A stretch of 63,246 bases of DNA, counting the filler, from Stramenopiles sp. TOSAG23-3 (lineage: Eukaryota), in assembly GCA_900128585.1 (NCBI GenBank). It is 13 parts of 13 records of this genome, joined end to end, with 100 filler letters (N's around TTAATTAATTAA, not from the genome) between each part and the next. Parts side by side here need not be neighbours in the genome. Positions count along the whole stretch, not along the records: positions 27,848 to 33,305 come from LT643524.1; positions 33,406 to 38,861 come from LT643525.1; positions 38,962 to 44,410 come from LT643526.1; 10 more parts are not named here. The stretch is one strand, 5' to 3'. The notes beneath the pieces were generated by a model that did no database searches, had not been told where the DNA came from, and was given only the letters and a program-made list of their open reading frames with translations. Both the position numbers and the translations under genes were made by a program. Positions 32,886 to 42,400 of the stretch are shown piece after piece (positions within the stretch are counted from its first letter, which is position 1; each line of letters begins with the position of its first letter).

Positions 32886-33187
32886 TCCGTCCGTCCGTTC
32901 CGTCTGGGAGTAAAAAGTACTGGGATTGGAATAATTACTTCTCAAAGGAACAACCTATCTAAACTATCGTTTCTTGTTTACCTTTCTTATTGCTAACCAT
33001 CCAAACTATCTATCTACTTTCTTTTGTCAATAATTCTTTTGTAATCTATTTTTCCCGAAATGATCCATTCATTTAATCCGTTGTGTAAAAAGGGTAGATA
33101 GACACAGATGTATTTATATATTTTTTTATTAAAAAATTTTAATATATTTTTTATTAATAAAATATAGATGATCTCCTCATCCTCCTC

Positions 33188-33226
33188 TTCTTTCTTTCTT
33201 TCTTTCTTTCTTTCGACTCTTTCTTC

Positions 33227-33285
<59 letters not shown>

Positions 33286-33305
33286 TCGACTCTTTCTTTC
33301 TTTCT
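33188..33305. repeat. (TTTC)n array with two GACTC variant units
   Basis: Read directly; ends at the contig edge. Confidence 0.95.
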
Positions 33306-33407
33306 NNNNNNNNNNNNNNNNNNNNNNNNNNNNNNNNNNNNNNNNNNNNTTAATTAATTAANNNNNNNNNNNNNNNNNNNNNNNNNNNNNNNNNNNNNNN
33401 NNNNNTC

Positions 33408-35243
33408 TTCGCAGCCGCCACCTGGCCCGGGCTGATCGAGAAAGGGACCCCGCTCAAGTCGATCCTGAAAGTCCTCGGAAAGAAGTGGGCGGACATTGAA
33501 CCAAAGTCGAAAGGAAAGTACGCAACCATGGCGATGAAAGACAAAGTTCGGTACAAGCGGGACGTCGACTATGGAAAGTCCATGGCAGGCCCAGGGGTCA
33601 AGTTCTCGTCGGATGCCGAGGTCCGGATCAGTTACAAGCGAAAGGCGCCGAAATTTTTGTTTTCGAACGGGCTGGAAGTCCTGGAGAAGACCGCAGCGGA
33701 GTACGTGGGCCTGTGGGAGCACGGCCACAACAGCGCGTGCGAGAGGTGCGGCCTTGGGGGAGAGCTGATAGCGTGCGACACTTGTAACATTTGCTTCCGC
33801 CCCACATGTTTGCAGCCAGCGTTGGACCCGATCCCTGACGAGAGCTGGCTGTGTCCCGAGTGCAGCGAGCAAATGATCGAAGAGTTTGCCAAGAAGTCCA
33901 GGGGAAAGATGGGGGCCGCCTCAGGGAGCAAGCGTGTGCGAAAGGTAGAAGAGGAGGAGGAGGAGGAGGAGGAGGAAGAGGAGGAAGAGGAGGAGGAAGA
34001 AGAAGAAGAAGAAGAAGAGGAGGAGGAGGAGGAAGAAGAAGAGGACGAAGACGACGAAGACGACGCAAAGAGCAGAAAGAAACGAAAAAAGAGCAAAAAG
34101 AAGAAAAAGAAGAAAGAGCGGAAGAAAAAGAAGAAGCGAAAGAAGGAGAAGAAGCGAAAACGAATGCTCGCAGACGCCGAAGCAGACGACGACAGCGACG
34201 AGGACAACCCATTCGAAAGTAAACCGAAGCGGGCGCGGCACGAGGGCACGGACGGACCGGGAACGGCGGCCGCGGGGAAGATGGTCGTCGCCACCCATGG
34301 CATTCCCTCCGCAAAAGCGTTGGCAGCGCAAAAACTCCAAGCGCGCCAGCAGAGGCAGCAGGGCCTCGCAATGGCAAGGACCGGGAGCGTCCCGCCCCGT
34401 GAGCGGCGCTCCGTTTCACCCTCTGGGAGTCAACCCCGGAACCGAGGACCACGGAGGAACGGCAATAACCGGGGCCACCCCCCCATGCTGTTGCACCCGC
34501 AGCGGCAGGGGGCGCCGCCATTGCTGTCCCGCAACGGACCACCTCGTGGAGTTCACGGCGGACCACCACCCCGTGGAGTTCACGGCGGACCACCACCTCG
34601 TGGAGTTCACGGCGGACCACCTCGTGGAGTTCATGGCGGACCACCTCGTGGAGTTCATGGCGGACCACCTCGTGGAGTTCACGGCGGACCACCTCGTGGA
34701 GTTCACGGCGGACCACCTCGAGGAGTTCACGGCATTCCACCGCCGGCCCTTCGTGCGCCCCACAGAATGCCCCACCAGCAGCCACCGGGGCAACTACCGC
34801 ATCAGCCGCCAAGGCAGCTGCCGCCCCACCACCACCAGCCACCGTACCAGCCACCGTACCAGCCGCGAGGGCAACCGGCGTACCAAGCGCAGCAGCGAGG
34901 ACCACCGCCAAACGCGATGCCTCGTGGGCGCGGCCGGGGGAGAAACATGCCGGCATGGATGCAGCAAGCGCAGCAGATGCAGCACCAGGGACCACCCCAC
35001 AGCCACCAGCCTGGAGTCGCCCGGCATGCAGCCCCTGCAGCAGTGGGGAGGGGGAGGGGAAGAGGCAGAAATTTGCCGGCATGGATGACCCAGGCGAACC
35101 AGCCGACGCCGGGTGCACCGGCCGCTCCCGTCCACCACCAACCGCCAGCGCCTGCCTCATCCGTGGGGGGCGCCTCTGGACTGACCGTGGACAGCCAAGT
35201 GCTTGGGTTGCTGGACATGATCGCATCGTCCACTGGAAATTAG
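33408..35243 (+). CDS. HMG-box + PHD finger protein with acidic/basic tracts and Pro/Gly/Arg-rich tail (5' truncated)
   Basis: [34 protein letters not shown] (HMG); [35 protein letters not shown] (PHD); poly-E, poly-K; two GRGRGRN(M/L)PAWM motifs. Confidence 0.9.
   Translation, partial: FAAATWPGLIEKGTPLKSILKVLGKKWADIEPKSKGKYATMAMKDKVRYKRDVDYGKSMAGPGVKFSSDAEVRISYKRKAPKFLFSNGLEVLEKTAAEYVGLWEHGHNSACERCGLGGELIACDTCNICFRPTCLQPALDPIPDESWLCPECSEQMIEEFAKKSRGKMGAASGSKRVRKVEEEEEEEEEEEEEEEEEEEEEEEEEEEEEEEEDEDDEDDAKSRKKRKKSKKKKKKKERKKKKKRKKEKKRKRMLADAEADDDSDEDNPFESKPKRARHEGTDGPGTAAAGKMVVATHGIPSAKALAAQKLQARQQRQQGLAMARTGSVPPRERRSVSPSGSQPRNRGPRRNGNNRGHPPMLLHPQRQGAPPLLSRNGPPRGVHGGPPPRGVHGGPPPRGVHGGPPRGVHGGPPRGVHGGPPRGVHGGPPRGVHGGPPRGVHGIPPPALRAPHRMPHQQPPGQLPHQPPRQLPPHHHQPPYQPPYQPRGQPAYQAQQRGPPPNAMPRGRGRGRNMPAWMQQAQQMQHQGPPHSHQPGVARHAAPAAVGRGRGRGRNLPAWMTQANQPTPGAPAAPVHHQPPAPASSVGGASGLTVDSQVLGLLDMIASSTGN
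34536..34733 (+). repeat. Coding 24-27-bp tandem repeat x8 (GPPRGVHG)
   Basis: GGACCACCTCGTGGAGTTCA(C/T)GGC units. Confidence 0.95.
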
Positions 35244-35425
35244 CACAGTGCGAGTTACAAGGGATACGAGTGCAGTTATAGAGTGTACCCAGCAGTATAA
35301 AAAAGCGATTACATTTCGTTCACAACAGCATTGCATTACATTTTGCTTTTAATTTAAGAATTACAATTTACATATTTCGCACCCCGGCTCAAAAAAATCA
35401 AAAAACTGATGCCCCCCGCTTTCAT

Positions 35426-36355
35426 CTACTCGGACCCTTCGCTCCGCCTCTCCCCCACCCCTACCATCTCATCCACAAACCCAAATATCTTTTCATAAAA
35501 CGTAAACAGCAGAGAAATCTCCATGGAGACCCTAACAAACCGCGGCAGCATCCCCCTGTACAACGAAAACAGCGACCCACCGCCGTTTGCTATCAACGCC
35601 CTCGCTGCGCGAAGCATGTTCGGCCGGTCCTTTGGGGTCCACACGGCCATCTGGTACGTTCGAATGGTGTCCACCGGCTGGGTCACGAGCGCGCTGAGGC
35701 CCCCGGCGACCATGCCGCTCAGCGCTATCTTGTAAGTTTCCAGGTTTTCGCCGGGCGGCAAGGCGCTTTCGAAACGGCGCTTGATCATGTTAAAGACGGT
35801 GAAACGAATCGCGTAGTTCGTCGTGTTCTTCACCGCGGTCAAGTTCAACCCAGGCAAGATGAACCCTCGGAAACCCACTTTGCCGTACGACTCCTTTACC
35901 CCGGCAAAAAACCCCTTTCGAGGCCCTTCGCTGTCGATGCCCTGCTTCGTTAGCTTGACGGACATGTTGTTTTGTGGAGTCAGGCACAGGACCGACTCGA
36001 TCAGGCCCGCAAAACCCCCGCATATTAAATCCTTCAACGTTTCGTCCCCCGCGAGTCTTTTCGGGAGGGCCTTCTTCGTTGTTTCAAACGCACTGAACCG
36101 AATGGCGCTTCTGGGAAACGCAAACAGGAAAAATGCGGGGGAGCCCGTGTACAGCGTTCTAAAGTACCCCTGGGTAAGGCACTTGTTGTAGATCCCCCGT
36201 GCGGCCCCTGCCGACGTCGGCGGTTGCCCAGGGATACCGAGCATGGTGTTCACTTTCCAAAATTCAACGGGGTAGCATATGCTAATTTCAAAAATTCCCG
36301 CAAGACCACCCGACAAAAACGCCGGAACAAACGCCCGTTCACGCGGAGGACCCAT
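35426..36355 (-). CDS. Mitochondrial carrier (SLC25), tricarboxylate-carrier-like
   Basis: Three repeats with YPVEFWK, TPQNNMSVK and QPVDTIRT; PRSAIRF; LYRGMLPRFVR. Confidence 0.9.
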   Translation of the reverse strand: MGPPRERAFVPAFLSGGLAGIFEISICYPVEFWKVNTMLGIPGQPPTSAGAARGIYNKCLTQGYFRTLYTGSPAFFLFAFPRSAIRFSAFETTKKALPKRLAGDETLKDLICGGFAGLIESVLCLTPQNNMSVKLTKQGIDSEGPRKGFFAGVKESYGKVGFRGFILPGLNLTAVKNTTNYAIRFTVFNMIKRRFESALPPGENLETYKIALSGMVAGGLSALVTQPVDTIRTYQMAVWTPKDRPNMLRAARALIANGGGSLFSLYRGMLPRFVRVSMEISLLFTFYEKIFGFVDEMVGVGERRSEGSE

Positions 36356-36816
36356 TTCCAACGAAGAACAGAAAACGAGCACAGACGATTAGGACACAAA
36401 GTAGTTCTCTTTCAACTCAACGTTCTGAACTTTCATTCTTTAAAATTAAAAACAAATTAAATTGTTTGCGTACATAGTGTTATAATCTTTGAGATATCGA
36501 TTCGACTTTTCTAATGTATACGTATGTATATATCTATATTGTTGTTGCCCGAAGGAAATGAACGAACGAGAATTCAAACGTACGTTGTTCGAACAACAGA
36601 GATGAAGAATGAAGAATGAAGAAGAAGAGGAGGAGGCAAACCACAAATCAATCCTCTTCTCTTCTTCTTCTAAATTAAAAAATGATATTAAATAAATAGG
36701 GTTATTACAACAAAATTAAGTATAACTTTTATATATTCATCCTATAATAAAAAAAAGAAAATGAAAAAATGAACGACTGACGCTTTTAAATTATACTTGG
36801 TATAATAAAAAGACTT

Positions 36817-37788
36817 TCACTTAAAGAAAATTCCCCCCTGGTTATACGAGAAAGCAGAAAGAATGAGGGGAAGAAGCCACCAGGATTTTCGAAGGACTGG
36901 AGTCCTAGGGCCAGCCCCAATAATGAGGTCTCGAAAGACAACGCTCCGGTCGTTGTATTGGTACTTGGCGATTTTCGGGAATACCGTCAACTCGAAGCAT
37001 TTCTCACCCTCCCTGGTTTTCACGGTGCAGGGAAAGGCAGTGGTGCACATGTTGCTGGCCGGAACGCTGACCCCGGTCCATGAAGTCAACGTCCAGCCCC
37101 AGATGATCTCCAACCCCTTTCCTTGTTTCATTTTCTTCAAGTTGTCCACGGACAATTTATTCATGTTATCCTTTATGATCTTGTACACCGCCGCGACGTC
37201 AATTTTAATCACCCAGTAGAGAAAACAAATCTTGTTGGCGTTGGTCAGGCAATACTTTTGTAACTTGATCTTGAGCAAGGAGGAGACGGCCTTGTTCAGG
37301 GTATCGACCACTGGGTTGGAAGTGTCGGAGTCCCCCACCTGTTTGATTTCGTACGAGTACTCGGTCCCGCACGTCGTCGTAGACTGCGGATCGAACTCGT
37401 CGCTCATGGTACAGCTCGTTGGGACGCCGATCCAGCACCGTCTTTCGCCAGAATAGCCAGTGTCGAAGGGCGCCATGACCGTCCCTGCCCCGTTCTCTAC
37501 TTTGATTGCGTATTTTTCACTTTCGGGGTCGCATATCCCTTCGTCTGTACACTTCGTCTGGCAAACTACGGAGCCAACGTTGCTTTCATAGAGATTCAGC
37601 GGCGGGCACCCTTTCGGTTGGTTCTTTACCGCAACGTTCACGATCGTGCCGGACACGGAACAGCACAATTCTGAGTTCCCTACGCACGCTTGAAATCCGG
37701 CCGGACAGCCGTTGGCACTCGCGCGTTTCAATAGACACGTATTAAAAAGTACTAGTGAGAACAGGACCGGCGCGAATTTTCGTTTCAT
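36817..37788 (-). CDS. Secreted Cys-rich protein with hydrophobic C-terminus
   Basis: Signal peptide MKRKFAPVLFSLVLF.., many Cys, C-terminal WWLLPLILSAF; family not recognised. Confidence 0.75.
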   Translation of the reverse strand: MKRKFAPVLFSLVLFNTCLLKRASANGCPAGFQACVGNSELCCSVSGTIVNVAVKNQPKGCPPLNLYESNVGSVVCQTKCTDEGICDPESEKYAIKVENGAGTVMAPFDTGYSGERRCWIGVPTSCTMSDEFDPQSTTTCGTEYSYEIKQVGDSDTSNPVVDTLNKAVSSLLKIKLQKYCLTNANKICFLYWVIKIDVAAVYKIIKDNMNKLSVDNLKKMKQGKGLEIIWGWTLTSWTGVSVPASNMCTTAFPCTVKTREGEKCFELTVFPKIAKYQYNDRSVVFRDLIIGAGPRTPVLRKSWWLLPLILSAFSYNQGGIFFK

Positions 37789-38641
37789 ACTGCAAAGAAT
37801 TTGACCAGTCAAAGAGAGTACAGTGCAATGGGTTCGTTCGCCTGCGCGTGAGCAACTTTCCCACTCGCCAGTTCGTCGCTCCGTCCAACCTTTCGTCGGT
37901 CTTTCGCCCCGCCCGTCCCTCGGCCCGTCTGTCTGTGTCTTTCAGTAAAACCCATACACCAATATTGGACAATTCCTGTATTCCCAATCCCAAAAAGGAT
38001 TCAAACCTTAACCCCAACTACGTACTCACACAAACACTTCACTCAGAAAAAGGACAAGAAAGAGAAGAAACCAAAAAAAACCCAATGCCTCTTCTGAATA
38101 TTAACTTCACTGTGTCCTTCTTCTTCTTCTTCTTCTTCTTCATTCTTCAACTAAAAAAAAAATTAAAAGAAGAACGAAAAAGAAATTTCTTTTTTCTTCT
38201 TCTTTTTTTTTTGTAAAAATAAAAATACATTGCACAGCATAGAAATTAAAAAAAATGAATTAAAAATAATAATTATTTAGTAGTCCTTGTCTTTTAAAAC
38301 TAAATTAATATACACACAGCATATACAATTAAATTAAAAAGAATTGAAAATCTATCACGCACAGACACTCCATTTCATTTTATTCTATGCTGTGTCTATA
38401 TTATTATTTATTTAATATAAAATAATAAAATCTTTCTCTTTTTTTTCTTCTTCTTTCTTCTTCTTTCTTCTTCTTTCTTCTCTTTTCTTCTTCTCTTTTC
38501 TTCTTCTTCTTCTTTTGCTGATTGATATACATGAGGAGATGGACTTCGTTCATTGTTTGTGGAACAAACCAACCAAATGTAAAATAATTAGATTCGTTTG
38601 AATAAGAGAAAAGAACAATAGAACCACCAAAACGATTTAAA

Positions 38642-38861
38642 ATGTCGTGAGTACGACATGTAAATAAACTGCTTAGGAGTGGTAGTAGGATGGCCTACCT
38701 CCAAACGAACAGCCATGTTGTTCCCACTTCTTGATTCCACTTCGAAACGTCCCGAGCACGACGCATCCCACAAACTGCTCTGAAACCAAAAGTATCCCAA
38801 AGGGGGAGGTAGTTAGTTATCTCGTGGTGCTCCACACGCTAGAAATAGCTTACTAACAAAC
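38642..38861 (+). other. Probable gene start: micro-exon ATGTC followed by a spliceosomal intron cut by the contig end
   Basis: AAAATGTC|GTGAGT donor at 38647 and TACTAAC branch point at 38851-38857; the acceptor would lie beyond the contig. Confidence 0.55.
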
Positions 38862-39415
38862 NNNNNNNNNNNNNNNNNNNNNNNNNNNNNNNNNNNNNNN
38901 NNNNNTTAATTAATTAANNNNNNNNNNNNNNNNNNNNNNNNNNNNNNNNNNNNNNNNNNNNATATTTTTCATTTTTTTTTTCAATTTCAAATTTATTTTT
39001 TTATAGGAAATTTTTTACGTAACAAATTTTTTTAGATTTTTTGTGAAATATTTTTCCAAATATGCAATATCCCTGAAACTCTTGACGTATCTAAATGTGT
39101 ATCTGTAAAACTCACCAAATGAACAATTCATCAATAATTGAGCTATCATCATTATTTTTGGTGGGAAATGACCCTATGATTGTGGTCTAGAAGGTCAATG
39201 TATCAAACAATAATTTTTTTTAATTTTTTTTACAGTTAGGGACGGGGAGGGTTAGGGTCAATTTTTTTTGGCCAAAAAAAATTCATCTCGGATTATATTA
39301 TTTTTTAGATATTATCATCTTTTAGTTTGGAAAACAATAGTAAAAAAAATGTGATTATATCTGTATTACATTTAAATTACTTCAATCAGTATATATAAGA
39401 AGCTACCAATAATAA

Positions 39416-42400
39416 TTACCACTGTACACTACTGCATAACTCAGCTGCGTGTTTTGCAGCGTCACTGATAGTTTCCTTTTGAGAAAGAAAAAATGCAAAT
39501 GATCCAACAAAACATTCTGCAGCACCTGAAAAATCAACAAATCGTTTCGTTTTAGGAACAACAACAGTTTCTACTTCTCTCTCATCACTAAAAGCCAACG
39601 TTGCTCTTCCATGTTCTATGAGTATTAATACTTTAAAATCATATTTTTCGACCAAAGCTGTAAGTCCTAGATATTTGCTGTCTTGAGATACTCCAAAAGG
39701 AAGGGCAGGAATATTTGCTATACCAAGGAGATTATCCATGTCTCCCTTTGTAATAACTACAACATTTGGTAGTGCGAGAAGATCTTCGTCAAAGGAGGTG
39801 TCAGATAATATTGGAGATAGATGAAGAACCGACATTAAACGCTCTCGAATTGCTAGTTTTACGGAGGCACGCACAACAGCCAGTGTAACCCCCAGTGAGA
39901 TTGTAAGAACATTCGCAGTAGTAAAAGCATATTTAGCACGATCAATATCAGCAACAGAGAGCGATTTGTTAGCTCCTGGATTTAACACGGTGCTATGATG
40001 GCCTGTGCGATCTACAATAATGAAAGATAAGCCTGTGGTGAGATCTTTGTTTCGCAAAACCAGAGTGCAGTCAACATTATTGTTTTTCAACTTTTCAATA
40101 ATTTGATCCGCGTGTTCATCATGTCCTAATTTACATAATAACTTCACTGACGCACCTAGCTTTGCGGCCATAATTGCCTGATTGGCACCATTGCCACCAA
40201 CACAGTTTCTATAGCCGTGGCCTATTTGTGTGCTATTCACGCGAGGAATTTTATCTGTTAAGACTATATGTTCAAAGTTTGCACTGCCAATCACTATTAC
40301 TTCACTTCTTAGTGGCGTGTTTCGGGAAACTATATTTGATTGAATTGAGTGATGCTTTGTTCCTGCCCACTGAATTTTGCATCGCCCGGTTGTCGGACTC
40401 ACAGTTTGTACGACAGTAGCATTTTCAAGTGCAAGAGTTGACGTCGTCTCTTCGTCCACGAGACCGGTACGTTGTGGATTACTTGTGTCATTAGTTTGGA
40501 AAACACTTAGAATGCAATTTTCGCGATACAAGCTTGTATCAATACCATCTGCAGACATTTGAAACAGTTGTCGTAATTTCGGTTTACACGCTTCAACGAT
40601 ATCTTTTCCAAAATCCAATGAAAGTAAGGCTTTTAGAGTTTTGTAGTCATGTTCGTCACTCTCGGCAGCAAGTTCAATAGCACGACGCATCACCAGACGA
40701 CATGCACCTCGCTCATTCTTTGAAGTTTCTTCTTGAATCTCCCTAACGGAAACTCTTCCCCTTCTATACGGAACATTAGAACGTGACTTTGACGGCGATG
40801 GTGAAAGGTTGATTTTTTGTAATAAAGATTGTAGTTTATCCTCGGTTAAATTTATTTCAGGCTCCAACGTACTCAACCTCTTAAGTTTGTTGTTTTCAAA
40901 TATTATTCGGAGTGGTAACATACCTGGGTATTTCTCCATTCTAGATCGCATGGAAGCTACAAAAATTTGTGTCATACTCTTATCTTCTATATTGTTGTAA
41001 CTAACATCAAGATGTGTCAAGCTATTCATATTTTTTAAAATTTTGCAAAGACTTGTTGCACCGCGGTTACCAAAACTATTATTCCATAAACTTAGATGTT
41101 TTAGAGATGTGAAGCGTATTTGAATATTTTTTGGAAGACTGCATAACTCGATAACACCAGCATCTTCTAAATCATTTTTATCTAGTATAAGACCTTCTAA
41201 AGATTTAATTGAAGGAAGCGTTTCTGTCAAAAATGCCCCGATACCAGGAGAGCCACCAGATTTCAAAAAGTTCATAGAATCGTCGTCGTCAGAATATGAC
41301 AGACTATATGACAATTGCGAACTTGACCTTGCGATACTGCCCGAGCTATTCCGGTTCAGACGAAGCTGTGTAAATACATCAGAAGTATTTTTCAGGCTAC
41401 CAATATCGGCTCCTCCCAAGTTCAATGTGATGTTGTTCCGGATGCTACTTTTTCGAAAGTAAGATGAAATAAGACGTCGAACGCAAAACTGGCACGCAAT
41501 ACTACTCAATCGATTTGTTCTATGACTTAAGACGTCTGAAAAGTCACCAATTTTAAGTGTAATACTTGAATTTGATTCTTCTAAGACTTTCAAAGACTCC
41601 GGTCTCCATGATTCTGTCTTTTCTTGAGTCGTTGAATTCGAAGTTGCTGCACTTCGTATATTATTACACTGATTCAAAGACTGGAGTTCCTTCAATTTTA
41701 GAATAATATCATTACCTCGTCCACAAACATACCCTTCACAGAAAAGAGACACGGCTTGAACACATGTAGATTCTATCGGAAATAGGTCGGATAGGCTAAA
41801 GCTTAATGAAAGAGACCGTGTTCTGGTAGAAATTCCAGGTGATATGGCTGGAAGAATAAATCCTGTTGAGGATACTGTGTGTGAAAGCGATTTGGGTAAC
41901 TCAAATTTTCCACTTTCCTCGATAGATGTAGATTTTGTGTCACTTGCTTCATTTATAGGAGAATCTAGAGTTAAAACAATATCATTTTTTGGTGTTGAAA
42001 GTCGCAAGAACACGAGAATGTCAGAGGCGATATGGTATTGTCCGGATTTTAAAGCCTGTTGTAAAATAAAGATTATATTACTATCAATTCCTTCACGACC
42101 TGTTAATAATCCGGTAAGGCGGCGTAAACAAACGGGTGAAGGAATAAGTCCATGTAATTTCACGCCTTCGTTGGTGCTTCGCTCAAGTGTTACTGGATTA
42201 ACGAAAATCATAAGTTGCACAAGCCGAGAAAGAGACTTTTTGTAGGTATCCATGATATATAAGTCATTTGGGACTGAGTCTAATGCAGCCTTGAAATGTG
42301 GCATAGCTACTTCACGTAACCTTAGTGAACTTGTGTAATCACAACAAGATTGTTTTGTTTCAGCACTTAGTTCTAGAAGCATCCCTTTCCAAAAGTCGTG

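Noticed and set aside
34536..34733. CRISPR-like array
   Set aside because: No unique spacers; in-frame coding tandem repeat; no cas genes.
33628..35226. Long antisense or alternate-frame ORFs (also 9082-9609, 44463-45137, 59761-60387)
   Set aside because: Shadows of GC-rich or repetitive coding sequence on the opposite strand.
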